64,000 bases of DNA from an uncultured Chloroflexia bacterium. GTDB lineage: Bacteria; Chloroflexota; Limnocylindria; QHBO01. The stretch covers positions 10,642 to 74,641 of the forward strand of contig CAWCQX010000003.1 of NCBI GenBank assembly GCA_963797855.1. The letters are read 5' to 3'. Position numbers and translations under genes: made by a program. How positions within the stretch are numbered: position 1 is the stretch's first letter; every line of letters begins with the position of its first letter. This document shows positions 50,988 to 60,889 of the stretch, one piece after another. The notes under the pieces are model-generated. The model saw nothing but the letters and a program-made list of their open reading frames with translations, did no database searches and was not told where the DNA came from.

Positions 50988-52150
50988 GGCAGTTGCGCGT
51001 ACCTGTGCTGGTGACGGCGGTCGCCATGCTCCTCGCCGCATGTAGCAGCGGGGGTGACGACGCCAGCGCCACGCCGATCTCGGAGATCGGTGAGGGTGAG
51101 GGCGAGCTCAACCTGGTCATCTGGACCGGATATGCCGAACGCGGCGAGGCCGATGCCGCCTATGACTGGGTCACGCCGTTCGAGGATGAGACCGGCTGCA
51201 TCGTCAACACGATCGACATGTCGGACTCCAACAACGGCGTCTCGCTGATTCAGTCGGGCGAGTACGACGGCATCTCGGCATCCGGCGACGCGACGACCCG
51301 TCTGATCGCCAGCGGCCTCGCCGCGCCGATCGACACGAGCGTGTTCGAGAACTACGACGCGGTCTACGACAGCCTGAAGGACCTCCCGCACAACACCGTC
51401 GATGGCGTCAACTACGGCGTTCCCCATGGCCGAGGCGCGAACGTCCTCGCCTGGAACACGGACGTGGTCACCGAGGCCCCGACGTCGTGGGACATCATCT
51501 GGGAGCAGGGCGCCGACTACGCGGGTGACATCAGCATCTACGACTCGTCGATCTTCATCGCCGATGCGGCCCTTCATCTGATGTCCACGCAGCCCGATCT
51601 GGGGATCGAGAACCCGTACCAGCTGAACCAGGAGCAGTTCGACGCGTCGATCGCCCTCCTCGAGGACCTCAACGCGAACGATCCGCTCTACTGGGGGGCC
51701 GCGGCCGATCAGATCGCGTCACTCGACTCCGGCGACGTCACGGTCGGGACGACCTGGCAGTACCAGGTGAACAGCGTGACGACGGCGCCCATCGAGGCGA
51801 CCCTCCCCGATGAGGGCTCCACCGGCTGGTCCGACACGTGGATGATGTACTCCGAGGCCGCGCACCCGAACTGCATGCTCATGTGGATGGACCACATGAT
51901 GTCGGCCGAGGCGAACGCCCAGGCCACGGTCTGGTTCGGCGAGGCGCCGACGAGCGACGCGGCATGCGCAGCGGCCGAGGAGATCTCGCCCGGCCACTGC
52001 GACACGTTCCACGCCACCGACGAGGCGTACTTCGATCGCGTCTGGTACTGGAGCACTCCGCAGGAGGATTGCGCCGATGACGACGATGCGACCACGTGCG
52101 TGACGCAGGAGGATTGGGTCGGGGCCTGGACCACGCTGCGCGGCGGATGA
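50984..52150 (+). CDS. ABC substrate-binding lipoprotein (polyamine/PotD-type fold)
   Basis: ATG 50984 overlaps the ATPase stop (ATGA). Lipoprotein leader [24 protein letters not shown]. 388 aa, intact. Confidence 0.8.
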   Translation: MRQLRVPVLVTAVAMLLAACSSGGDDASATPISEIGEGEGELNLVIWTGYAERGEADAAYDWVTPFEDETGCIVNTIDMSDSNNGVSLIQSGEYDGISASGDATTRLIASGLAAPIDTSVFENYDAVYDSLKDLPHNTVDGVNYGVPHGRGANVLAWNTDVVTEAPTSWDIIWEQGADYAGDISIYDSSIFIADAALHLMSTQPDLGIENPYQLNQEQFDASIALLEDLNANDPLYWGAAADQIASLDSGDVTVGTTWQYQVNSVTTAPIEATLPDEGSTGWSDTWMMYSEAAHPNCMLMWMDHMMSAEANAQATVWFGEAPTSDAACAAAEEISPGHCDTFHATDEAYFDRVWYWSTPQEDCADDDDATTCVTQEDWVGAWTTLRGG

Positions 52151-52245
52151 TCGGACCCTCCGCGTGCTGATCCGATGCTCCCCGGGGCCTTCGTCCTCGG
52201 GGAGCATCATCGCCATCGGATGCGACTCGACCGCTCGGTGACCCG

Positions 52246-53154
52246 ATGACCAGCCCGACCGCGCCAGTCGCGACGCCGGCCGCGCCCGGTCGGATGCGGC
52301 GCGTCGCGGGCTGGCTGCACGCCAGGCCGGGGACGCAGTGGCGCCTGCTCCTCGCCGCCCCGTTGGCGTGGATGGTCCTCGTCTACCTCGGCTCGCTGGC
52401 CGTCCTGCTCGTCAGCGCGTTCTGGGACACCGACAGCTTCACCGGCCAGGTCCAGCCGTTCAGCTGGACCCTCGACGCGTTCGAGGAGCTCGCGACGAAC
52501 CCGGTCTACCGCACGATTGCGGTGCGGACCGTGGCCGTCGCCGCGGCCGTCACGTTGACCGACGCGCTGCTCGCGTTCCCGATCGCCTACTACATGGCGC
52601 GGGTGGCCTCGCCCCGCACGCGACGGGCGATGGTCGTCGCGGTTCTCATGCCGCTGTGGGCGGCCTACCTCGTCAAGGTGTACGCCTGGCGGGTGATCCT
52701 CCAGGAGAACGGATTCCTCGAGTGGATCCTCACGCCATTCGGGATCGATGCGCCGGGCCTCGGGCAGATCCTGAACGCGTGGCTCGTCTTCAGCTACCTC
52801 TGGCTGCCCTACATGGTCCTGCCGATCTACGCGGGCCTCGAGCGGATTCCGAGCTCGCTGCTCGAGGCCTCGGCGGACCTCGGTGGCCGGAACTTCACGA
52901 CGTTCCGCCGCGTCGTCCTGCCGCTCGTCTTCCCCGCGCTCGTGGCGGGATCGATCTTCACGTTCTCGCTGACCCTCGGTGACTACATCACCCCGGACCT
53001 CGTTGCCGACGCGAAGTTCATCGGCAACGTGATCTACGACAATTCGAGCCTTGGCAACCTGCCGCTGGCGGCTGCCTATTCCTTCATCCCGATCGCGATC
53101 ATGGTCGTGTACCTCCTCGTCGCGCGCCGGCTTGGCGCGTTCGAGTCGTTGTAG
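52246..53154 (+). CDS. ABC transporter permease, PotB-like
   Basis: 302-aa intact ORF with EAA loop LLEASADLGGRNFTTFRRVVLPLVFPA. Confidence 0.85.
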   Translation: MTSPTAPVATPAAPGRMRRVAGWLHARPGTQWRLLLAAPLAWMVLVYLGSLAVLLVSAFWDTDSFTGQVQPFSWTLDAFEELATNPVYRTIAVRTVAVAAAVTLTDALLAFPIAYYMARVASPRTRRAMVVAVLMPLWAAYLVKVYAWRVILQENGFLEWILTPFGIDAPGLGQILNAWLVFSYLWLPYMVLPIYAGLERIPSSLLEASADLGGRNFTTFRRVVLPLVFPALVAGSIFTFSLTLGDYITPDLVADAKFIGNVIYDNSSLGNLPLAAAYSFIPIAIMVVYLLVARRLGAFESL

Positions 53155-53163
53155 GCGGATGCG

Positions 53164-53968
53164 ATGACCGAATCGCGCGTGGGTCCGCATCGGCCTCCGA
53201 GTCGCGACGATCCTCGTGCTCGGCTTCCTCTACCTGCCGCTGGTGATCCTCGGGATCTACGCGTTCAACGAAAGCCGGTCGCAGGCCTGGCCGCCGACCT
53301 CGTTCTCACTCGACTGGTTCATCGATGCCGCCGCCAACGCGGCCGTGCGACGGGCGCTCGTGAACTCGCTGATCGCGGCGACCGCGGCGACGGCGATCGC
53401 GCTCGTGCTCGGATCGCTGGCCGCGCTGGCTGTCCAGCGGTTCAAGTTCTTCGGGCGCGACACGATCTCATTCCTGTTCATCCTGCCGATCGCGCTGCCG
53501 GGCGTCGTGACGGGGATCGCGCTGCGCACGACCTTCCAGACGGCCGGCATCGACTTCGGGCTGATGACGATCGTCATCGGGCACGCCACGTTCTGCGTGG
53601 TCGTCGCCTTCAACAACGTGGTCGCCCGGCTGCGTCGCCTCCCGCGCTCGCCGGAGGAGGCATCCGCGGACCTCGGAGCCGACACGTGGACGACGTTCCG
53701 GCGCATCACGTTGCCCGGCCTGGGAACCGCGCTCCTCTCGGGTGCGCTGCTCGCGTTCGCGCTCTCGTTCGACGAGATCATCGTCACGAACTTCACCGCC
53801 GGCCCGGGGACGCAGACGATTCCGATGTGGATCTTCTCCGCGATCCAGCGCCCGCGGGAGCTGCCCGTGGTCAACGTCGTCGCGCTCGTGCTGATCCTCG
53901 TGTCGACGATCCCGGTCTACCTCGCCCAGCGCATCGGCAGCGCCGCTGAGGGTGGCGGCCGGTACTGA
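53164..53968 (+). pseudogene. ABC transporter permease, PotC-like; probable frame break at ~53175 (alternatively an intact CDS from GTG 53216)
   Basis: ORF 53216-53968 has EAA loop PEEASADLGADTWTTFRRITLPGL. The upstream in-frame sequence (AWVRIGLRVATILV) completes TM1 but has no start codon. ATG 53164 is in the adjacent frame. Confidence 0.75.
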
Positions 53969-54060
53969 TCCGATCGTCCGGTGCGCCGCCTGGGCGTCCG
54001 TCGTACCCTAGGCGCGCTTCCGGCCCGTGCCTGCCGGACCCGAGCACAGGGGAGACCGCG

Positions 54061-55811
54061 TTGACCGCCACCCAGACCACGACTTCCACGCCCGCGTGGC
54101 GGGCCGCCGTCATCGGCATCGTCGCCGTCCTCGCCGTCGGCATCGGAATCGCCGTCGGCGCATTCCTCATGGGCGCGCGCGACGCAGCCATCGGCAGCGG
54201 AGCGAGCTATGTTCCCGCCACGGCGCCGATCTACTTCGAGGTGCGCCTCGAGCCCTCCGAGGCGCAGGACGCCGCCCTCCGAGAGTTCCTCGGCCGCTTC
54301 CCGGAGATCGAGGGCGTCGACCTGAGTCAGCCGCTCTACGGCCAGCTCACCGCGATGCTGGACGAGATGGTCGCCGCCACCGGCACCGACCTCAGCTGGT
54401 CGGCGGATGTCGAGCCATGGTTCGACGGCCGCGTCGGGGTGGCCCTGCTCGAGTTCCCGGACGAGGCGCTGGACCCGGCCATGCCCGAGACGGAGGTCTT
54501 CGGCAGCACGTCCGCGGTCGTCCTCGTCGCGATCACCGATCCGGTCGCGGCGCAAACGTCGCTCGAGCGAATCTTCGCGGAGTCCGAGGCCCCGGTCACG
54601 TTCACCGACCAGGAGCACGCCGGCGTGACGATCCACGTGGACGAGCAGTCGTCGGCCGCCTACGCGCTCACCGATGACCAGCTCCTCGTCGCGACGTCCG
54701 CGGACGACATCGTTGCCGCGCTGGACGCCCACGCCAACAGCTCGACCACGCTGTCGGAGGCGGACTCGATCACGGCCCTGACCGATGCGCTCCCCGACGA
54801 GTGGCTCGTCTTCGGCATCTACGACTTCACCGATGCGCTGGCGAGTGCCTTCGAGCGGTCCGGCGGCGGCCTCTCCCGGCGCGGACATCATGCGCGACCT
54901 GATGGCGAACCAGTCGCTGCGCGGAGCGATGGCGCTGACGGTCGACGGCGACCGCGTCAGCCTGCCGATGGTGAGCGATGCCCCGACCGGCCCGTTCACG
55001 GTCACGAACGCCGACCGCGGCCTCGCCGACGAGGTGCCCGGCGATGCCCTGTACTACGCCGAAGGCGGGAACGTCGGGGAGTCGTTGAGCAGCTTCGTCC
55101 GAACGTTCAAGGAGATGATGGGCACGATGCCCGATGGGGCCGGGCAGCTCGACATGGCCGAGGGCGCCCTCGGAGGGAACCTCGAGGAGCTCGTTGAATG
55201 GATCGGCGACGTCGCGACCGTCGGCGGCTTCGACGGCGAGCAGCCATGGGGCGGCGCGATCATCGTGCCGACCGACATGGAGGCAGGCGCGTCGCACGAT
55301 GGACCGGCTCGAAACCTTCGCCGGTCTCGCGACGCTCGATCCCTCGATCGGGATCACCGTCGACCAGCGGGACGTCGAGGGCGTCGAGATCACGAGCCTG
55401 ACCTGGCACGATCCGAACGCCGCAACCGAGCCCGATCCGGCGATGGCGTTCGCACCGACCGAGGTCGTCGTCGAGTGGGCCGTCACCGACGACCGCGTCC
55501 TGCTCGGCGTCGGCGACCAGTTCGTCGAGCGCGCGCTCGGCCAGGACGCGGCGGGTTCGCTGGCCGAGACCGCCGGCTACAGCGACGCGGTCGCCGACCT
55601 GGGTGGGTCGAGCAACGCCGGCGTGACCTGGATCGACCTGCGCGGCCTGCGGCTCGCGCTCGAGCCCACCTTCGCCGAGATGGACCCATCGGGGATGGAG
55701 ATGTACGAGACGGAGATCGTCCCGTGGCTCGAGCCCCTCGACCGATTCGTGTCGGTCGTGCACGTCGACGGTGACATCCTCCGCACCGACGCGGTCCTGC
55801 TCGTCGATTGA
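54061..55811 (+). pseudogene. N-terminally anchored extracytoplasmic protein of unknown function (DUF3352-like by recollection); frame broken at ~54875 and ~55292
   Basis: TM WRAAVIGIVAVLAVGIGIAVGAFLMG followed by a long soluble part. Three frames join: ...ALASAFERSGG / PGADIMRDLMANQSLRG...PTDMEAGA / RTMDRLETFAGLATLD...VHVDGDILRTDAVLLVD*. Confidence 0.45.
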
Positions 55812-56131
55812 GGCTGCCGGCTCCGCTCCGGCCGTTGCCGGGCGGCTCGCCGATCGCGACGGGCGTCGCGGCCGCATCGGCACACCTGCGCGCCGCCGGT
55901 GTCGAGCCCCAGGCGTGGAGCAACGGGCCGGGCGATCGCTACGCGGCGCACGAGCACGGCTTCACGAAGCTGCTCGTCTGCGCGGAGGGCTCGATCACGT
56001 TCCTCATCGGTGCGGACGAGGAGCCCGTCGAGCTGTCGGCCGGCGACGGCTTCGAGCTTCCACCCCACACGACGCACGCCGCCATCGTCGGCCCGGCGGG
56101 CTGCACGTGCGTCGAGGGTCATCGCCGCTAG
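55808..56131 (+). CDS. Cupin-domain protein (107 aa)
   Basis: YAAHEHGFTKLLVCAEGSITFLI and GDGFELPPHTTHAAIVG resemble cupin motifs 1 and 2. TTG start overlaps the upstream stop. Confidence 0.55.
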   Translation: MRLPAPLRPLPGGSPIATGVAAASAHLRAAGVEPQAWSNGPGDRYAAHEHGFTKLLVCAEGSITFLIGADEEPVELSAGDGFELPPHTTHAAIVGPAGCTCVEGHRR

Positions 56132-56421
56132 GCGCGCTTCCGCCTCGCCGCCGCCCTGGCTTCGGCCTCGAACCGGTTGTCGTGGTACCACCGCCCGCCG
56201 GCGCGTCGCGCGCGCAGCGACTCCGCGAAGTAGGCGAGCGGATAGCGCACGCCGAGGCGGCCCCACTGGCGGACGTGCTCGAGCTCATGCTCGAGCTCGT
56301 CATCGGTCAGCGCGCGCCAGGCGAAGACCGTGCGCCCGATCGTGATGGCCAGCCAGTCTCGAAGGACGAGCCCGCCAACGCCACGCAACCAGGGCCAGGT
56401 CACGACGCGATGGCGCGTCAT
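56128..56421 (-). CDS. Small HExxH-motif protein (DUF4157-like putative metallopeptidase core)
   Basis: 97 aa from ATG 56421, which overlaps the GT2 stop (ATGA). ITIGRTVFAWRALTDDELEHELEHVRQW contains HELEH in a DUF4157-like context. Confidence 0.45.
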   Translation of the reverse strand: MTRHRVVTWPWLRGVGGLVLRDWLAITIGRTVFAWRALTDDELEHELEHVRQWGRLGVRYPLAYFAESLRARRAGGRWYHDNRFEAEARAAARRKRA

Positions 56422-57335
56422 CGGTCGGGGTCGGGGTGGAGCAGGAGGTCGGGACGGTCGCCCCATCGGTCCAGGAAGCGGTAGAAGTTGCGCTTGCTGA
56501 GCCGATCGCGTTCGGCGTCGGGAAGCGCCGTCCAGCCCCGATGCTCGTGGTGCTCCAGCGGCAGCGGATCGGTCCGTACCGCGGTCCAGCCGGCGTCGCG
56601 GACCGAGAACGAGAAGTCGAGGTCGGCATTGCGGTAGTAGCGGAAGCGGCGATCGAAGCCGCCAACCGCGCGCAGTGCCTCGCGCCGGATCGCAAGACAG
56701 TAGGCCTCGACGGCATCCACCGGTCCCGGCGGCGCCTCGTCGAACTCTCGAGCGTCGGCGCTCGTGACGCCCCAGCCGCCGGCGATCCCAACGGCTGGGT
56801 CGTCGAAGGCCGCCAGGAGCGGGCGAACGAAGTCGCCGGTCGGCTCCAGCGACGTATCGAGCAGGATCGTCACCTCGCCGCGGGAGTGACGCAGGCCGAG
56901 CGTCCGCGAGTCGGCCCATCCGAGGCGGCCGTCGCTCTCGAGGACGATGGGCTCGACCGGCAGCGCGACCGCTCCGAGCGTCGTCGCGACGGGCTCGGCC
57001 GGCGCGTTGGCCACGATCACCAGCTCCCACCTCGCGGACGGCGGGTGGGCGGCGAGGCCGCGCAGGAACCGACCCAGGTCGTCGGGGTGATCCTCGGCCG
57101 TGACCTGCACGGACGCGTCGACCTCCGCCGGTCGGTCGATCGGATCCGGGGCCTCGGCCTCGCGCACGAGGATCGGCCGGGCCGTGGTTGCCCCTTCGGT
57201 GTCCTGCACCTCCCACCCGAGCGCCGCGATTCGGTCGCGGATCGCGTCCGCCCGCGCCCAGTCGCGTTGCGACCGCGCCTCGGCCCGTTCTTCGAGCAGC
57301 CGGCGGACGTCGTCGGGGAGGGAATTGGGGGGCAT
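56418..57335 (-). CDS. GT2-family glycosyltransferase with N-terminal CysRS-C-terminal-like helical motif
   Basis: GT-A-like core: WELVIVANA, ILLDTSLEP, CLAIRREALRAVGGFDRRFRYYRNADLDFSFSV. N-terminus LPDDVRRLLEERAEARSQRDWARADAIRDRIAALGWEVQDT. I prefer ATG 57335 (AGGAG upstream) over GTG 57356. Confidence 0.65.
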   Translation of the reverse strand: MPPNSLPDDVRRLLEERAEARSQRDWARADAIRDRIAALGWEVQDTEGATTARPILVREAEAPDPIDRPAEVDASVQVTAEDHPDDLGRFLRGLAAHPPSARWELVIVANAPAEPVATTLGAVALPVEPIVLESDGRLGWADSRTLGLRHSRGEVTILLDTSLEPTGDFVRPLLAAFDDPAVGIAGGWGVTSADAREFDEAPPGPVDAVEAYCLAIRREALRAVGGFDRRFRYYRNADLDFSFSVRDAGWTAVRTDPLPLEHHEHRGWTALPDAERDRLSKRNFYRFLDRWGDRPDLLLHPDPDR

Positions 57336-57486
57336 GAACGGAAGTACTCCTGGCACTGACCTGAACGTACCGGGCGGCCGGAGAGCACCGCAACCTTACT
57401 ATCCGGCCACGAGCCGCTCCTACCGCACCAAGCCCGTGCGGACGGCACGCTCTGTCAGTGCCCATGACGAGGACGAACAGCAAGCC

Positions 57487-57672
57487 ATGATGACGAATGA
57501 GGTCGGCAAGCTGCTCACGGCGGCCGAAGTCGCCGAGATGCTGCACCTGCACGTGAACACGGTCAAGCGGCTTGGCGATCGCGGCGAGCTGCCCTTCTTC
57601 CGGGTCTGCAAGCGCGGTGATCGTCGATTCCGCTACGACGACGTGATCGACTTCCTGCACCGGGCCAAGTAG
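57487..57672 (+). CDS. Excisionase-family / MerR-type helix-turn-helix DNA-binding protein (61 aa)
   Basis: MMTNEVGKLLTAAEVAEMLHLHVNTVKRLGDRGELPFFRVCKRGDRRFRYDDVIDFL is the typical HTH_17 pattern. It is the C-terminal part of ORF 57100-57672. Confidence 0.7.
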   Translation: MMTNEVGKLLTAAEVAEMLHLHVNTVKRLGDRGELPFFRVCKRGDRRFRYDDVIDFLHRAK

Positions 57673-57729
57673 CCCGCATTTCATGCTCCCGGCCAACGCC
57701 GGGCGGCGCCCCTGCCAGGGGCTGAGCCA

Positions 57730-57761
57730 CGACCGCCGAGGTGCCAATCTCTCGGCGGTCG
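57730..57761 (+). terminator. Hairpin, possible terminator after the HTH gene
   Basis: 11-bp stem CGACCGCCGAG / CTCGGCGGTCG with a 10-nt loop. The tail CCTCTTGTCC is only weakly U-rich. Confidence 0.35.
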
Positions 57762-57787
57762 CCTCTTGTCCCGCATAATCCGCGGCG

Positions 57788-58960
57788 ATGGCCGACGACC
57801 CGACCCAACGCCTGGATGAGGCTCGCAGGCTCCTCGACAGCGGCGAGCCCGATGCGGCCACCGCGATCGCGGAGCCCATCAGCCGGCATCCCGATCCCGA
57901 CGTCGCCGGCGAGGCCTGGCTGATCATCGGCATGGCTCGCTATCGGACCGATGACGAGCCGGGCGCCCTGATGGCGTGGCGGTCCGCAGCAGAGTCCGGC
58001 GGCCGAAGCGCGTGGCTCGGATGGCGGAGCGTCGCGGAACAGCTCGTCCGTGACGGCGACCTCGAGGGCGCCGTCACCGCGTACCGCGAGGCCGATCGCC
58101 GCGCTCCTCCGGCGGAGCGAGGCGCGATCGCCAACCGCATCGCGTGGCTGCTCAAGGAGACCGGCCACGACTTCGCCGCCCGGCGCCAGTTCAACCGGGC
58201 CCGTGGCGCCTACGCGACCCACACCCCGTACGTCACGTACGCGATCATCGCGATCTGCGTGGCGGTCTTCGTCGCCGATGCGATCCTCGCGAACGGCTCG
58301 ACGCTCGGCGGTGGGCTCTTCGGCGGTGGCGCCCTCGGCCCGATCGGCGAGGCGAACCTCATCAACGCCTTCGCCGTTGCCGACGGCGAGTGGTGGGTGA
58401 TCTTCACGAGCGCCTTCATCCACCTCAGCCCCCTCCACCTCGCCTTCAACATGTTCGTCCTCTACCAGTACGGCTCGCTCGTCGAGCGGATGTACGGACA
58501 CGTCGAATACGCGCTGATCTACCTGCTCTGCGCGGCGGGCGGCAGCGTCCTCACGATCCTCGTCGACCCCACCCAGTCGGCCGCGGGGGCGTCCGGCGCG
58601 ATCTTCGGCCTCGTCGGCCTGCTGTTCGTCGTCTCGCGACGCCATCACGCGGTGCTCGGGCGCGAGGCGCGGACGATGGTCGCGGGCATCGGCGGATTCG
58701 TCATCTACCTCCTCGTGTTCACCTTCGTGTTTCCCGGGATCAGCTGGACCGGCCACGTCGGCGGCCTGATCGTCGGCGCGGTGCTCGGCTTCTTCCTGCC
58801 ACCGACCGGCGTGGCCACGATGAGCGGGATGTGGCGCACGCCGAGCGGGGAGCGTCTGCACGGGTCGATGCCGGTCGCGCTTCGGCTGGCCGTCTACGCC
58901 GGTGTCGCCTTGGTGCTCGCGGTCGGGTCGTTCGTCGCGGTCGATCGCCTGATCGGCTGA
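57788..58960 (+). CDS. Rhomboid-family intramembrane serine protease with N-terminal TPR-like domain
   Basis: 390-aa intact ORF with FIHLSPLHLAFNM, the catalytic Ser motif GASGAIFGL, and the catalytic His context WTGHVGGLIVG. Confidence 0.85.
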   Translation: MADDPTQRLDEARRLLDSGEPDAATAIAEPISRHPDPDVAGEAWLIIGMARYRTDDEPGALMAWRSAAESGGRSAWLGWRSVAEQLVRDGDLEGAVTAYREADRRAPPAERGAIANRIAWLLKETGHDFAARRQFNRARGAYATHTPYVTYAIIAICVAVFVADAILANGSTLGGGLFGGGALGPIGEANLINAFAVADGEWWVIFTSAFIHLSPLHLAFNMFVLYQYGSLVERMYGHVEYALIYLLCAAGGSVLTILVDPTQSAAGASGAIFGLVGLLFVVSRRHHAVLGREARTMVAGIGGFVIYLLVFTFVFPGISWTGHVGGLIVGAVLGFFLPPTGVATMSGMWRTPSGERLHGSMPVALRLAVYAGVALVLAVGSFVAVDRLIG

Positions 58961-59002
58961 TCCGTCCGCCCGGCCGGGCACGCGTCATGCGATCCTGACG
59001 GC

Positions 59003-59764
59003 ATGTGCTTCGACGATGACGCCCGACCACCCCTCCCGCCGATCCGCGGCGGGGCCATCGATGCCCGAGACGTTCGCCTGACGAGCGCCGACGGGACCGA
59101 GTTCGCGGCCTACGCGGCCCGCGCCGACGCGCCGACCGGCGCCGGGATCGTGATCATCCCGGACGTCCGCGGCCTCCACCCGTACTACGAGGAGCTGACG
59201 CTGCGGTTCGCCGAGGCCGGCGTGCACGCCGTGTCGATCGACTTCTACGCCCGCTCCGCCGGCGGGGAGAAGCGGGCTGCGGGCTTCGAGTACGAGCCGC
59301 ACGTCCTCCAGCTGGATCCCGCGGCGATCGACGGCGACGTGGCCGCCGCCGTCGACTTCCTGCGCTCGGGCGAGGGCGGCGAGGCCGAGCGCCTCTACAC
59401 CGTCGGCTTCTGCATCGGGGGCCGGATCAGCCTGCTCCAGGCGCGGTCAGGCCTCGACCTGAGCGGCGTCATCGGCTTCTACCCCTGGCCGGTCGGAGCG
59501 CATCGCAGCGGCCTGCCCGCCCCCGCCGACGAGGCGTCGCGCTTCGGATGCCCGGTGCTCACGATCTACGGCGGGGCCGACGCGGGCATCCCGGCCGAGG
59601 CGCGGGAGGAGTTCGATCGCGCGCTCGAAGCGGGCGGCGTGGAGCACCACACGATCGTCTACGAGGGTGCGCCGCACTCCTTCTTCGATCGCAAGTCCGA
59701 GTTCGCCGAGGCCAACGCCGCCTCCTGGGACGAGGTCCTGCGCTTCATGGGCGTCTCGGCCTAG
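59003..59764 (+). CDS. Dienelactone hydrolase family protein
   Basis: 253-aa intact ORF with the Cys nucleophile elbow VGFCIGGRISL and C-terminal YEGAPHSFFD. Confidence 0.85.
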   Translation: MCFDDDARPPLPPIRGGAIDARDVRLTSADGTEFAAYAARADAPTGAGIVIIPDVRGLHPYYEELTLRFAEAGVHAVSIDFYARSAGGEKRAAGFEYEPHVLQLDPAAIDGDVAAAVDFLRSGEGGEAERLYTVGFCIGGRISLLQARSGLDLSGVIGFYPWPVGAHRSGLPAPADEASRFGCPVLTIYGGADAGIPAEAREEFDRALEAGGVEHHTIVYEGAPHSFFDRKSEFAEANAASWDEVLRFMGVSA

Positions 59765-59778
59765 GCCCGGACGCGAGA

Positions 59779-59811
59779 ACGCCCGCCGCGGCGACCGGCC
59801 GCGACGGGCGT
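59779..59811. terminator. Imperfect long hairpin between convergent genes
   Basis: ACGCCCG...CGGGCGT outer stem with an inner GC-rich pairing, lying between stops at 59764 (+) and 59827 (-). Confidence 0.35.
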
Positions 59812-59826
59812 CACTGCAACGGGACG

Positions 59827-60712
59827 TCAGGCGCCGACTGGCTTCTGCTCCGGGCTCGCCACGGGCGCGTCGCTCCGTCGGACGGGCCGGGTGTAGAGGT
59901 ACAGCACGACGACCACGTAGACCAGCCACACCGCGAGGGTGATCCACTCGGGGGTGCTCGTGTAGCCGAACATCGCCCGCAGGATCGAGCCCACGACCCC
60001 GAGCCCGCCGTCCGCGGCCTCGTGAGGCAGGATCGCGCTGATGTCGAACGCCGTGCCCGTCCCGATCGTGATCCAGCCGATCTCGACGAACTCGTGGACC
60101 GCGTGGGCGAGGAGCCCGGCCGCGATGAAGATCAGCGCGACGCCGGTCCAGAGGAAGAACGTGCGCAGGTTCAGCACCCGCGCGCCAACGTAGAGGCCGT
60201 AGCCGATGGCGGCGGCGAGCGCCAGGCCGACGATCGCGCCGACGAGCGTGCTCGACGCCTCCGCGCCGGCGGCCGTCGCCTGGCCCATGAGGAAGAGCGC
60301 CGTCTCGATGCCCTCTCGGATCACCGCCATGAAGGCGAGGACCGAGAGACCGAGGATGCCGCCGTTCATGAGGGCGCGGTCGACGCCGGCGTGCAGCTCA
60401 CCCTTGATGTTCATCGCGGTGCGCCGCATCCAGAACAGCATCCACGTGACGACGCTCGGCGGCGACGAGCATCGCGATGCCCTCGAAGATCTGCTCCGCC
60501 GGCTCCTCCAGCCCACCGATGGTGTTGAAGAGCACGAGCCCGATGACGACGCTGAGCGCGACGGCCGCGCCGGCCCCGAGCCAGATCTGCCCGAAGTACC
60601 GCTGATTCCCGGTCTTCGCGAGGTACGCCATGACGATGCTGACGATGAGGGCCGCCTCGACGCCCTCGCGCAGGCCGGTCAGCAGGCCTGAGATGAAGAA
60701 TCCGAAGTCCAA
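59827..60712 (-). pseudogene. FTR1/EfeU-family high-affinity iron permease; frame broken at ~60457
   Basis: Two RExxE motifs (LREGVEAAL and IREGIETALF). The join IAMLVAA / VVTWMLFWMRR links ORFs 60398-60712 and 59827-60516. Confidence 0.8.
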
Positions 60713-60770
60713 CGTGAACTCCCCTGGTGCGTGGCGCTCCGTGGGCCCGGAGCGGGCTGGTCAACGGGGA

Positions 60771-60786
60771 GTAAGGCTAGCCTTAC
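60771..60786. promoter_or_regulatory. Perfect 16-bp palindrome in the divergent FTR1 / acyl-CoA dehydrogenase intergenic region
   Basis: GTAAGGCTAGCCTTAC is exactly self-complementary. It lies 59 nt upstream of the FTR1 start. Possible operator. Confidence 0.3.
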
Positions 60787-60854
60787 GTCCAGTGTTCGTC
60801 AAACCGAATCACCGACGCCGCGGTCAGGATTCGATCCGGTCCCGGCTCACGCTC

Positions 60855-60860
60855 TAGAAT
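60855..60860 (+). promoter_or_regulatory. Candidate -10 (TAGAAT) for the second acyl-CoA dehydrogenase gene
   Basis: TAGAAT lies 30 nt upstream of ATG 60890, with ACGGAG as RBS. Confidence 0.3.
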
Positions 60861-60889
60861 CAGCGTCCCGCCCGCCCCACGGAGTACCG

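Noticed and set aside
49868-52150. 760-aa ORF read as one giant ATPase/binding-protein fusion
   Set aside because: It is chimeric. After ~aa 120 the ATPase continues in another frame (ORF 50229-50987). The middle of the 760-aa ORF is Arg/Gly-rich nonsense. The last 388 aa are a separate lipoprotein gene with its own ATG and signal peptide at 50984.
54008-56142. Exact 15-nt direct repeat CTAGGCGCGCTTCCG at 54008-54022 and 56128-56142, flanking the DUF3352-like and cupin genes (possible att sites or target duplication)
   Set aside because: In 64 kb of GC-biased sequence, one or more 15-mer coincidences are expected by chance. The second copy is simply the overlap of two gene ends. No integrase, transposase or compositional shift lies between the copies.
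57487-57672. Excisionase-family HTH as a prophage or ICE marker
   Set aside because: It stands alone, with no integrase, phage or conjugation genes within reach. Small HTH_17 proteins are common stand-alone regulators in high-GC Gram-positives.
60771-60786. Identifying the FTR1-proximal palindrome as a bona fide IdeR/DtxR iron box
   Set aside because: It is an even 16-bp palindrome with half-site GTAAGGCT, whereas the 19-bp iron-box half-site is TTAGGTTAG. Only an AGG..T core is shared. I keep it as an unassigned operator candidate only.
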